DNA from: Pelomyxa schiedti
Lineage: Eukaryota > Protista > Evosea
Length of the DNA: 64,000 nucleotides
Direction: 5' to 3'
Assembly: GCA_020536535.1 (NCBI GenBank)
Contig: JAHLWZ010000351.1
Span: forward strand, 1 to 64,000
Positions 1-12,500 of the stretch are shown piece after piece (position 1 is the first letter of the stretch; each line of letters opens with the position of its first letter). The position numbers and the translations under genes were made by a program. The notes under the pieces are model-generated. The model was given only the letters and a program-made list of their open reading frames with translations, was not told where the DNA came from and ran no database searches.

Positions 1-816
1 CTCCAACCTGCACATGAAACAAAAACCCAGGTGGGGAAGCTTCTGTGCCAGGTAAATACTGCTTCTTGATTTGTGTCCTAATTACCAAATAACACGCGAG
101 GGAACAGGCCTCTCGATGACTGGAGAGGATCACCAAGGCATGATCAGTAGTGAACTTGATGCCTTAGCACCTAAACCTAGGTTCTCGTAACTAGACTGTC
201 TAGGTCAGAAAAGGGAATCACAGGGCTGCACAAGAAGCCTGTCAACTTCATGTAATTCAATGCCACACAAAATACTCGGAATTCACGGGTCCACCAAAAA
301 AAAATAAACTTTCTTTCCGCTTCCTATTAGTAAAATCATATGTGACTCCCTGTCGGGGCACCAACTCTGCCCTTACTCCCGCTCCGGTTATTCTCCTTTG
401 TGACCAAGGCTCAGCAGGTTTTTTTTCACCCCTTTTCTCCTTTCACGAAACGTTGCAAAAGCCGGGTGAATGGCATCGACGGGGACACCGGTGGAACAGG
501 TATTGGGCCGACGATCCGTGAGGGGCTTTGATGCAACCAGGACACTGACAAGCGAAGTTTTGGACCAATTGGTGGCGGCCGCGGTGAACGCACCTACTGC
601 CAGAAACCAGCAGCACTTTAGACTACTTATGGGTGTGCATTCAGAAAAAACCGCAATATAGCTTCCCTGTGCAAACTTTATTATCGTAATCACTTATACA
701 TATAGTAAACTAAAGGCATACATTCCTGATGTACCATAACCGTAACTTTGTTTTCTACATTAACCAGCAATTAGAAACGGATGCAGCTGTACTCAAGGCA
801 GTTTCTAAGGGGACTA
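1..816. repeat. Copy 1 of a diverged direct duplication (matches 2229-3065); may extend left of the window
   Basis: Position 1 (ctccaacctgcacatgaaac) matches 2229, and the match runs to ...tctaaggggacta at 816 and 3065. Scattered substitutions and small indels separate the copies, e.g. a (cta)n tract only in copy 2. Confidence 0.95.
470..816 (+). CDS. Nitroreductase family protein, copy 1; 5' part only, cut by the assembly gap
   Basis: MASTGTPVEQVLGRRSVRGF...APTARNQQ carries the nitroreductase RRSxR and APS/TxxNxQ FMN-binding motifs. Confidence 0.8.
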
Positions 817-916
817 NNNNNNNNNNNNNNNNNNNNNNNNNNNNNNNNNNNNNNNNNNNNNNNNNNNNNNNNNNNNNNNNNNNNNNNNNNNNNNNNNNNN
901 NNNNNNNNNNNNNNNN
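817..916. other. Assembly gap of exactly 100 N
   Basis: Run of 100 N. A round number usually marks a gap of unknown size. Confidence 0.98.
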
Positions 917-2150
917 GGACGTCGTCCTCGCCCCTGATCAATACTGACGGGACCCCCGCATCTCCCTCTACTCCCGCGAGGTCTTCTCCAGATATTACTA
1001 CGACCACCACCTCGTCGGCTTCTTCTGCTTCGGCTTCTGCTTCGGCTTCGGCCTACGCCTCGGCTTCCGCGACGCCGCCGATCCCGCCGTGCCAGATCAT
1101 CAGGAAGGCGCCGAGCCGCAGCAACCTCATGAAGGCGCAGTCCGCGTTCGCCAAGGCCATCACGCGCACCATCATGAACGTCGACGACCCGACGGCCGCG
1201 TTCGCGTGCGTCAGCGACGAGGACATGCGCGACGTCCGCGCGGGCTACGTCGCCATCATGGGGCGCGACGACACCTGCGAGAGCCTGCGCGGCGTGTTCT
1301 GCGAGCTGGCCCGCATGATCGCCCACGGCCACGGCGGCGGCGGGGGGGGCGCGGAGGGGGGGGCCTGCGGGGCCGCCGACGAGGGCGCCACCGCGGCCGC
1401 GGTCGTGGCCCCGGCCGAGACGGTGCGGGCGGCCGCGGCGTCGTGCGGGGGCGGCGCCAGCGCCATGGTGGCGAGCATGCGGAGCCGCAGGGTGTGCAAG
1501 GTCGTGGCGTGCGGGCAGGACGCGACGGCCTTCTTGGTCGGGAGGCAGCCCAAGCTGTGCGACCTGCAGGCGTGCGACGACGCCGACGACAAGGTCTCGC
1601 GCGTCCACTTCATATTGTTCGTGCTGCCGGCTTCTAGGGAGGTCGTAGTCGTCGACCCTGGGTGCATGAACGGGTTCGAGGTCGTGTCGAGGTCTAACTT
1701 GTCTGCTCCTTTGTGTAGAAGCTCCCCCACTCAGAGAAATGTACTCAAGTGCGTTCGTTCCCCCATTTCTTTTTCCGCCTCTTGCTCTATCAAATGGTTC
1801 CAGACACTAGATACTAACACATGGCACAACACACTACCTGCAGGTTCGCGTTCCAGGAAGATTTCAGTTTGCGCCTTTCAGATAGCACTACGTGTATGGG
1901 GAGCAATGACATTGTTGAATTTCGTTGGACCACAAACTGTGTGAATTGCACTGTTGAAAAACGCAAGACCACATTGCGAAAGGGGCACCCAGCTTGTGGT
2001 CATGGTTTGCTCTTGTGTGAAAACTGCATAGGTGCACTATCCCATTGCCCTGTGTGTGACTCTGTGTGGAAGGACCGAACTGAAACAACATCCACCAGCA
2101 CCTCTACCACAGTACCAACTGTAGAATTTCTCCACGATGAATCCTTGTAA
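917..2150 (+). CDS. FHA domain plus C-terminal RING finger protein (putative E3 ligase); 5' end lost in the gap
   Basis: FHA signature residues in VGRQP..., VSRVHF and MNGFE. Terminal CVNC...CGHGLLLCENC...CPVC is a C3HC4-type RING. Ser/Ala/Thr-rich N-terminal part. Confidence 0.75.
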
Positions 2151-2228
2151 CAAAAGTAAAGAAAAAAAAGAGTGTTTCTACTATTGATTTCTAGTTGACC
2201 ATTGATTCTTGGTGACTACTAGCGCAGT

Positions 2229-3065
2229 CTCCAACCTGCACATGAAACAAAAACCCAGGTGGGGAAGCTTCTGTGCCAGGTAAATACTGCTTCTTGATTT
2301 GTGTCCTAATTACCAAATAACACGCGAGGGAACAGGCCTCTCGATGACTTGAGAGGATCACCAAGGCATGATCAGTAGTGAACTTTATGCCTCAGCACCT
2401 AAACCCACGAAACCTAGGTTCTCGTAACTAGACTACTACTACTACTTTTAAGCCAGAAAAGGGAATCACAGGGCCGCACAAGAAGCCTGTCAACTTCATG
2501 TAATTCCATGTCACACAAAATACTCGGAATTCACGGGTCTACTAAAAAAAATAAACTCTTTGTTTCCGCTTGCTATTAGTAAAATCATATGTTACTCCCT
2601 GTCGGGGCACCAACTCTGCCCTTAGTCCCGCTCCGGTTATTCTCTGTTGTGACCAAGGCTCAGCAGGTTTTTTTTGCCATCCCTTTTCTCCTTTCACGAA
2701 ACGTTGCAAAAGACGTGAATGGCATCGACGGGGACACCGGTGGAACAGGTATTGGGCCGACGATCCGTGAGGAGCTTTGATGCAACCAGGACACTGACAA
2801 GCGAAGTTTTGGACCAATTGGTGGCGGCCGCGGTGAACGCACCTACTGCCATAAACCAGCAGCACTTTAGACTACTTATGGGTGTGTATTCAGAAAAAAC
2901 CGCAATATAGCTTCCCTGTGCAAACTTTATTATCGTAATCACTGATACATATAGTAAACTAAAGGCATACATTCCTGATGTACCATAACCGTAACTTTGT
3001 TTTCTACATTAACCAGCAATTAGAAACGGATGCAGCTGTACTCAAGGCAGTTTCTAAGGGGACTA
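2229..3065. repeat. Copy 2 of the direct duplication (intergenic DNA plus 5' nitroreductase)
   Basis: Direct alignment with 1-816. Confidence 0.95.
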
Positions 3066-3524
3066 TGGAACAAGTCTTCGGACCTGGAAAAATGGACGCG
3101 GCAGCATTCAAGAAGATGGTTAGCTATCCTGGTGATGACTTGGTATTCTATGATGCCCCTGCTGTTCTCTTTATTTTCTATCCTCCAACATCCGTATCGG
3201 CTAAAGTACGTTCTCTCGGACTCGTTTCAGTTTTCCTCTACCTCTTACACCAACCCACCAATGAAAAAGGCCCCCGCAGCCACAGCAATGGACATTGGGT
3301 TCGTTGCACAAAATGTGATATGTGTAGCAACACTGCTTGGACTTGGGACCGTGCCCATTGGTATGATTTCACGTGCAGGGACTGTTGTAAACAACATCCT
3401 TGGGGTTTCATCCGACCAACAGCTGGCTCTCGCTGTTGCTGTGGGATACCCAACCCCACAAGGTGCAATCCCTGCTCCTCTGGGTGTCAAAAAGCCACTT
3501 TCGGCCCTACTGGCCAAAGTTTAG
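2719..3524 (+). CDS. Nitroreductase family flavoprotein, complete and spliced
   Basis: RRSVRSF, APTAINQQ, FYDAPAVLFI, AMDIGFVAQNVICVATLLGLGTVPIG and AVAVGYP are typical nitroreductase motifs. Intron 3206-3269 restores the frame; the first intron is not resolved. Confidence 0.9.
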
Positions 3525-3766
3525 GCCCCTGGAAGAACATTGAAGTTGGGATTTTCCTGGAATCTAAGAACAGCGATAAAACCCGGAACCCCAGTAAGGA
3601 AAGCTTCCCTCCGTAGGGGCAACTGTACGCTGGTGCCAAAACGAATGTAGTTGATCATGGAAAAACCCAGCACTCGCAAAGAAAAAAACCGGGACACCGC
3701 ACAGACAAAAAGAAAAAAAAAGGCGAAACGCGGAAGGAACAAAACAAAAACAAAAACCCAACAACA

Positions 3767-6700
3767 ATGTCACACCACCACTGCTCAGCCCTGCCCACCT
3801 CCGAAGCCCCGAGCGCCGACGCCTGCCTAGCCAGGCTCCCCAAGCCCCTGAAAGTCCCTTTCGAGCCCGTCGCCATCATCGGCATTGGCTGCAAGTATCC
3901 CCAGATCCTCGACCCCGACGACGCCTGGAAGGTGTTCTCGCAGGGCCTCGACGTGCTCACGCGCTGGGAGTCGCCGGACCCCACGCTGACCGGCTCCCGC
4001 GGCTTCGTCGACGACGCCGTGGCCTACGACTACAAGTTCTGGAACGTGGTGTACCCGCGGCTCCAGGACCCGCAGATGTTCCTGCTCCACGAGGTCGTCT
4101 ACAACGCCCTCGAGAACGCCGGCTACTGCCCCACGATGGTCGGCAACCTCCCCGGCCGCGTCGGCGTCTACGGCAACATGGGCCCGTCGTTCTACTCGAT
4201 CACCTGCTCGGCCGGGACCATGGGCCCCGAGGAGAACACGACGCAGACGGCCAAGATGAGCATGATCGGCAGCTCCTTCTCGACCTTCAAGAGCCTCGTG
4301 TCCCTCGCCTCCTTCATCCACGCCCACGGGCCCATCCTCGACATCGCCAGCGCGTGCTCGTCCTCCGCCTCCGCCGTCTGGATCGCGACGCAGCAGCTGC
4401 AGCTCGGCGTCATCGACTTGGCCGTCACGGGCTACGTGACGCTGGCGTGGCCTCGCGAGCCGGTCCTGGGCTACAGCAACACGAGGAAGGGGCTCTACAG
4501 CGTCGACGGGTACATCCGCCCGTTCGACCGCAGGCACTCTGGGTTCGTGCCGTCTGAGGGGGCCGGGTCCTTCGTCCTTAAGAGGCTCGCAGACGCTGTT
4601 GCGGACAACGACGTCGTCATGAGCGTAATTGTGGGAGCCGGGCAGTCTTCCGACCCGTTCATGCTGCCGTCCCAGGAGGCCATCAGCGCCCCAATTGTGT
4701 GTGAGTGTATTAGGGATGCTATGCAGTGTGCTGGAATCAAGAGCGGTGATGAGATATCTTACATCGAGTGCCACGGCGCAGCTACTACAGTGGGTGACTT
4801 CGCCGAAATCACAGCTTTGAACGCGGCGTTGCAGGTCCCTGGAAAGTCCTCGTTCTGTGCAATTGGGTCTGTAAAGGCTAACCTTGGCCACATTGGAGGA
4901 GGGGCCGGAATTCCTTCGCTTATGAAGGGTACACAAATCCTTATGCACAACTTCATCCCACCACTCGCTAACTTTGAGGAGCCTGAGGAGGCCACCGCTC
5001 ATTTCCTAAGCCAACCCGGCTGCCCTGTTTACATTCCCAAGGTTGGCCACACCCCTGCTACCCCTGTCAAGTACGTTGGTGTTCAGGCCTCATGCCCTGG
5101 AGGAGGCACACACTTGATGCTGGCGAAGGCGCCACCATCAAAGTTCCCGTTCGTTGAAGCTGATGAACCCCGCCGCACTTTCCTTCTTTGCACGTCAACA
5201 AAGACCGCAACTTCCAACACTGTCTTGTCAGACAATACCGCTAAGCTGGTTCCCTCCAAAGTTGTTGAACAGGGTTTGGAATTTGCCTTCAATGCCGAGT
5301 ACATATTACAGGCAAGAAGAGAGCGCTACCCGTTCAGAAGTGCGGTAGTCATGTCCGTTCTCCCAGGTTGTTGTTCTTGTTTTTTCTTTTCTATCCTAAT
5401 GCTTTTTGCCACCATACAGGTGAGGCTCCTCTGGCTGAGCGTATCCAGTGCACCCCAGCAGTCAAAGGAAACTTGTCCATCCAGGAGAATGTTGATGTGG
5501 GCTTTATCTTCTCAGGGTTCGGAGGCTGCGGGCAGCAATGCGCCAAGGAGTTGTATGTTCAGTTCCCAGTTTTCAAAGCTGCCTTCGACAGATGTGCCGC
5601 CTGCCTAAAGGAAATCTCTGGGGGATCGTTTGTACTTACTCCTGACCAGATCGATCTCAGCCTCGAGCCCGTCTCTCTAGCTGCCATGTCGTTTGTTACC
5701 ATGCAAATATGTGTTTCCGAGCTTCTTATTTCTTGGGGTATTGTGCCAACAGCCGGAGTCGTATGTCATAGTCTTGGTGAGTATCCTGCTGCTGTTGCTA
5801 ACGGTGTTCTCACACCGGAGGAGTGCCTGAAAATTACCAAATTCCGCTTTGAAGTTCTTGCCAAGCTTCCTAAGATAAACACACTGGTTGTATCTATGAT
5901 TGCAGTAAAGCGTGTCTCTGATATGGTGGCTGCCCTAAACAAGGCCGATCCGGCTGACCCAGCTGAAATTACTGTAATCAACAGTTCTACTGTTTGCATC
6001 GTGAGTGGCCCAGACGCCAAAATTGAAGCGTTGACTACACAGCTTCAGACAACCACATGCAAAATACACAAGTTCTCACCTGTTACTTCACATTCTGCCA
6101 AAGTTGCCCCAATACTTGATGAATTCCGAGCATACCTCACCTCGCTTAACCTCGGTGCTACCGCTCGTCCAGCCAAGTACAAGTGTATAAGTGGTCTCAC
6201 AGCAGACTGGGGAACCGGTGCTGAATTCTCCTCAGTTGATCATTACTGCAATGTCCTTGCAAACAAAGTCAATTTCCACCAGGCAGCACAGAAACTCATG
6301 AACACTTGGATCAAGAAAACAGCCTCAGTTGATCCCAAGAAGACCCGCAAGCTCATCCTCCTAGAAATTGGCGCCAGCCTTGTTTCCCACGTCCAAGATA
6401 TTGCAGCCCTTGAGTGCGGCGCCGTCGCAAGAGCAGCCCCCGCGGCCTCCGTCGTTCCCATTTCACTCTTCCTTCACCACCAAAACAAAACCAGTAACGC
6501 TGCCCAGCAAATACTCACCGCTCTGGGCACAGCATGGACCCACGGAATGGAAATCAACTGGCAGAACTACCACACAACCAACGGTGTATGCACAAGACAC
6601 GCTGTACAGCTCTGCCGCTATCCATGGGAACGCCAACCCGTTACATGGGTTCCACCAAAGGGTGCAAACATCACTCGCGACGAGTACTTTGAGAAGCTCC

Positions 6701-7011
6701 TTCAGTATCCTGATGCACCTGTTGCAACTGCAGCAAAGAAGGCAAGAATCCTTCCCACAATTCCCGGGAATGCACTTGGTGCAAAGGAAATGGGATTCCT
6801 GGCTGACAAATGGGAGGCTTTTGCAGGTGATGTGATTGATGCAGATGCCAACTTCTTCGACTTTGGCGCTACTAGCATGGCCGCTATGAGAATGGTAGAG
6901 TCCATTAATAAGGTGTTGGGTCTTCAGCTTCAGGCCTCTGCCTGGCTCCGCGAGCCAACATTTATCGCCCTCGTGCAAGCTTACTCCAACCTCAAGACCC
7001 ACAAATCCTAA
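3767..7011 (+). CDS. Type I polyketide/fatty-acid synthase-like single module KS-AT-ACP (about 1063 aa)
   Basis: KS triad in ASACSSS, ECHGAAT and KANLGHIG. AT motifs CHSLGEY and SHS. Linker RYPWERQ. ACP motif FFDFGATSM. A 53-nt GT-AG intron (5367-5419) joins the 613-aa and 547-aa ORFs in frame. Confidence 0.9.
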
Positions 7012-7139
7012 GCCACTTTACCATCCCTTCTCACTGTGTTTTTCTAACTGGAAACCACTGATTCCAATCCAGTTGGTCCAAAGGAGAAAATAAATTTATT
7101 TGAGTTTTATGTTCTTCCAAATTTCTTTGGTTGATGGTA

Positions 7140-9328
7140 CTATGTGTGGTCTGTGTGTGGAGGTGTTGAAGGTTGGAATGGGGTTATTGGTTGGTTTTGG
7201 GTTGATGATGGAAGTGCAGAAATGCTGCACAGGTCCTCATCTGTTCTTATCACTAGCTCCAATTTGGAGTCGGACACTAACACCGCGGCTGCCATGTTTG
7301 TGAATCCACAATAGAATGATGACGAGAACACCGTGATCGTACTGGCTCGATTAGATAGTTCTATCCCCAACTAGCCAAAGATCAGAAGGAAGAAAGTGTA
7401 CCGTAATTTAAAAAACCTTTGGGTACTGATGTGCTCGTATTACATGAGTACAGCCACTTTGTTCCTTGAAAATTCTAAGTGCCTCTCTTCCAAATACACA
7501 GGTCCCTTCACCTCGGTCATTGTACCCAAAACCTTTTGGAAACCTTCTATCGTAGGCTGCGGATTTAGTGAGTATTCAGATGAAAAGAGTAGTGGTAAAA
7601 ACCTATGACTTGCTCTTGTTCGAGTGTGGCAGGATCAGACCATAGCAGATCGAAAATGAAATAGGGGACATCATGGGAAATGTCTATGGGTCTTCGGATC
7701 TGTCTTACAAAGAAGCTTTATTTGGCTTGTTCTAGAAAAAGGGAGGATCATGCCTGCATAATAGTAGCAAGTACGTTCGTGTCATAGAGAGTGAGGTCCC
7801 GAGGAATCCCTCCATGTACACAAAAAATGGTGTTGTCTATTACAGACGCCAATGGAAGATGACAGAAGCATTCATTTAAAGCCTGCCACACTTCATCACC
7901 TATAGTTGTTTGCAAAATGATACTTTGGTTCTTGGCACATAACGAGACCTTGTTCACCAAAACGGTCCCTGCATTGGCACCGTAGGGACCCGGCTCCATA
8001 ACCATTTATATCCCCATTTATGTCTGGGCTTTCGTGATTCCCGCGGAGAAGGAACACCTTCAAAATTTAGCTTGGAAGTTTATGAAAATGAACTCTAAAC
8101 CTTCTTTGGGGCTAACACTTTGAGAGAGAAAAGTAGGGCCAAAGTTTCTATGCTGTGGGGGCCCCTATCAACTAGAAAATGTGATTAATACGCTAGATTC
8201 ACCTCCAAACCATAATCGCCCAGAAGCAGTAATTTGGAGGCCACTATCTCATAAAAATCTAAAAATCCGAATGCCTTGGTAAAAGCAACAAGGTCCTTTC
8301 ACAACTTTCTCAGAACTCAATGGCAAGGTTTTTTTCTTACCTTATAATTCCCATGAAGATCTCCAAGAACGAATACGGGTGCAGATAGTATTAGAAGAGA
8401 ACTTTCATTGGCCAAGATGTCTTTAACTGATTTTATCAAACACATCATTTGTTCAGTATTTATGGCTGGACATGTCCAGCTTCAAATGTCAGGCTATAAA
8501 AGACTAGGAGCAAAAGCATACTAGAAACAAGACAGGGAAGGATGTTCAAGGAAGCCGTATTTCAGCATTGAAAGAACTAGACCCGCTATGTTCATTCCGG
8601 TGGTTTCGGCGGATCTTGTGCTTGAGACTAAGAGAATGTATGTTGTGTAAATACAGAGTGGGAAGAAACGCGGAAAATGAAAGCTTACGCCAATTTAAAT
8701 GTATAGTCGACATAACTGAGTTTGACAATCCTGAGGGAAGAGGCAAGGTTTTCACAGAACCATGTGTAAGCTAAATATTGACATCAGAGGCTATAAACAC
8801 CAAAATACAAGCAAATAGCACAGCACCCAAGGACACACACACACAAAAAACCAAACCCACCCACAACAACAAAACCAAATAAAATAGTAACGAACGCACC
8901 TGGGCCACACACGGACTGATGTCGTAGTGACAAACACCGCCCCGGCTAATCTCCCCGCCCCTCGACGACGAAGCGGGCGCCTCCCCCATGGCCGCGTCGC
9001 CGCGGGCCTCGCACTCCCGGTCCCCCGGCTCCTGCTCGCTCGAGCCCCCGCTCCCGCTCCCGCTCGCGCACCCGCCGCAGCTGCCGTGCCTCGCTCTCCG
9101 CTCCAGGTCGTCGCGGCAGCAGCACGTGTGGATGACGACAGGGGCCGAGGCCCCAGAGGGGTCCGCGGCGCTGCTGCTCGCGGCGGTCCCGCTCGCAGGG
9201 GGGCCTGGCGGGGGCGGGGGGCTGGACGGGCGCGGGTCGCCCAGCAGGGAGGACAGGGGCACCCCCGCGTTGGACTCCCCGAGGCTGCCGGACGACCCGA
9301 GGGAAAGGCTGCTGTTCGGCGACGACAT
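7140..9328 (-). CDS. PPP-family Ser/Thr protein phosphatase with a low-complexity N-terminal extension; multi-exon
   Basis: Minus-strand motifs in the expected order: GDLHG (~8360), VDRG (~8170), LRGNHE (~8040), HGG (~7820), LLWSDP (~7640), RAHQ (~7430), TVFSSSFYC. The GC-rich first exon 8900-9328 ends at a GT donor; its link to the catalytic exons is inferred. Confidence 0.85.
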
Positions 9329-9556
9329 CGCTGGAATTACGCCGAGGCAAATTGGATTTTCTCCGGAAACACGAAACAGGAACAAACAGTTCTTTGCCCT
9401 TCTAAAGCACTACACAGAGTGAAATGGGGATGCTACCAGCAGGGTGTATCCCAAGAGGAGAGATACTCCATCACAGAAGACTCAGAGATCAAAACGAAAA
9501 CAAAAAAAAAGCGCAAACGCCGAAAAGAAACGCGAGAAAAAGACAAAAGTGAAGTG
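9329..9556. promoter_or_regulatory. Probable bidirectional promoter between the phosphatase and UPF2
   Basis: The inferred divergent start codons are about 230 bp apart. No specific motif identified. Confidence 0.4.
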
Positions 9557-12500
9557 ATGCAGCCACCAAGTATGCAACCACAACGTACAAGCAAGCCGCT
9601 GCAGATCGTGATAAAGAAGACTACGAGACCACTGTACGCACCTCCGCACTCGAGTGCTGCTGCGACCACTACAACTACAACAACTACTATCGTGCCTCGC
9701 AATCAACTGACACTTCGCCAGCAAGAGCAGGTTTGTTATGTCGTTTTGTGGTTTTGCCATCTGACTGTTTTGGTTTCCCCCCCCCCCCCCCCACCAGTTG
9801 GAAGCGCAAAGACGCCTGGAGGAGGAACGTATTGCACGTGAGCGCCAGGAGGAGGAAAAGCGAAAACAGTTGGAAGAAGAGCGGCGCATTCAGGAGGAGG
9901 AGAGGCGTAGGCAAGAAGAAGAAAGGAAACGGCTGGAGGAAGAAGAGAGAAAGAGAAAGGAGGAAGAACGCCGCATACAGGAGGAAGAGGATGCGAAGCG
10001 CCGTGCTGAAGAGGAGCAAGCCAGAAAACTAGCCGAAGAAGTGAAGCACAAAGCAGTTTGTCATTCTCTTTGTGTTGAGTGTACTTGATTCATCTCCGAA
10101 CCACAGGAACTCCTTCAAAAGGAAGAAGACTATCAGAAGCAGAAAATGCTAAAAAAAAGGATACGCGCCTGTAATCTAGCTGTATCCATGGGACTCACTC
10201 CACGCCCTGAAGAACAGAAACTTCGAACTTTCGATTCAACAGTCAAGGTGGATATGTTTCCTCTTATGCCATCCGTGCTATTCTTAACGGAACACAGCGT
10301 AACACAGCATACATAAAGAAGCTCCGGTCTATAACTGAAGACCAACGTGACTCCCTCCTTGCTGAAGTGAAAAGCCTTAACCTCACAAAATATGTCAGTG
10401 AGGCCGTCATTGCCATCACTGAAGGAAAATTTGCCAAGCAGGGTGACTTCAGCACCACCATTAAGGTTCTTCACCAATCGATTCGTACTGAAGAGAACCT
10501 TCCTTAGTCTCATACGTACAGATTTGTTCAGTTTGCCACAGTCGTTACGCTGAGTTCACTCCCCTTTTGATTCAAGCTCTGACAAAACATTTTCAAGAGA
10601 ATTCTTATAAGCCTGTAGTTCCTCCACAGCCCCCTGATCCACAGAAGCAAATGCGGCAAAGGTAACTTTCAATATATTGAATATTTCCTTTTTTTTTCAC
10701 CTTTTTTTTTGTAAAATAGGATTGCTCTTCGTTTGTTGTGTGAATTGTACATAAATGGTTTCTTCATTGATCCAAGTCCAATTGTTTCCATTCTGCGAGA
10801 GCTCGTAATCCTCCTTCGTTGTTTCACCAAGTTATCAAGTAATCTCAAACAAGGTGAAGGGTGATGAGCCAACTCCTACCACTGAGGGATTTTTCAATCT
10901 CCCTATCATTGTGGGATTTGTGAGAAGCGTTGGTGAAGACATTTTGGGAATCGTGCCGAAATTGAGACGTCAGACTTTTGAGCAACTAAAAGAAGCTGTG
11001 GTAAGATGGCTTTAGAATGTCTCCTTAACTCACTGAATTGTGTGGGGATCAAAAGGGGCAAGAGACAGCCATTGGTGTAATAACCAAAGTGAAGAAGTTC
11101 TTTAGTATTCCAAATCCAGACGAGGACCCTATCTGGGCAATTTTGTCCCTACCCAATCCTTCCGAGGCTTTGACCACAAAAACTGACATGATAACAACCC
11201 CTGAACAGCAGAAATTGTTTTTCACTCTGATGGAGGGATACTTCTTCAAAGTTTCTGACTATCTTCTGGCCCAACACAAAGTAACGTGCTTTATCTTGGC
11301 AAATTCGTTTAACGGCAATTTTTTGGCCAGCAACTTCAAGAAAAAGAGAAAGAAAATCACACCATTATGGAAACAAGAGGTGAACTCTCAGCAGCTCAAG
11401 TTGCTATCTACGACCAGCTTCGAAAGAACTATGAAAAACTTTTGTCGAACACAACCATGTCTGATCCACATCTGTGCCCTCGATATTAATGTCTCTCAAG
11501 GCTTTCAGATATGCTCGATCTGGCGATGCCCCAATTGGAAAGTGGAAATGTAACTCGAGTTGCTGACTCTGCTGACAAAAGCGCAAAAAAGGTACTCCAG
11601 GCACAATCGTCACCCACCAAACATTTAATCTACACCCAGGACGACTTGTCTGAACAACCCCTTTGGGATGATGAGGATACCCGCTCATTCTATGAATCTC
11701 TTCCAAAAGTTTCTGCATGGCTGGCCACAACTCCACCAGAAGAACCACCAAAAGACGAAAAACCTGCAACTAAATCAAGCAGCACAACCTCCACTACCTC
11801 CACAACATCTGCAACGCCAGCAGTAAGCAACCCTCCTCAGACTACAGTTCCAGCTTCTTCAGAATCCGAGACACCAAAAGAAAAGCCCAAAGTAAAGAAG
11901 GGGTAAGTCTGATCTGATGTTACCCACTAAATTACTTACTTACAATCTTAGGGAAGAAACAAAAACCGACGACAAAGCTGCTGGGTTTCCTTTGGCGCAG
12001 CTAAGCCCGTGTGACAAATGGCTGATTCAACTACCAATGTGTATCAGCCGCGATTTAATTGACAAAGCGTCAGAAGACTTTTTCACGCACTACAACACCA
12101 AGCTCAACAGGAAAAAGCTCCTTGGCACTCTTTTTCACGTCCCTCGCACCCAATTAGAACTTCTTCCATACTACTCCCGGTTAACTGCAACACTCAGTCA
12201 AGAGATCAAGGAAATTGGCCCCAAGTTATGCAGTATGGCATGTGATAAAAAATGTTACACCTCTTGCTGATTCTCTCCCTTTTGCAAGTTGGAAGAGGAA
12301 TTTAAAGAACTGGTCTCAAGAAAGGATCAAATAAACATAGAAACAAAGATTCGGGTATTTCATTTTATTTCTGTTTCTGTTTCATTCTTTTTTAACAACC
12401 AAAAAAACCACAACAAACAGAACATCCGATTTCTGGGTGAACTCACCAAGTTTAAAGTTTGTCCTCGAGAGCTTATATTTGCTTGCTTCCAAGCGTGTTT

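Noticed and set aside
814-1637. Long Arg/Gly/His-rich alternative-frame ORFs (also at 3827-5002, 8927-9841 and 34398-35084)
   Set aside because: Expected from stop-codon scarcity in GC-rich coding islands; no recognisable motifs.
9777-9792. Poly-C tract and many poly-A/T runs
   Set aside because: They lie in introns or intergenic DNA; ordinary polypyrimidine tracts or homopolymers.
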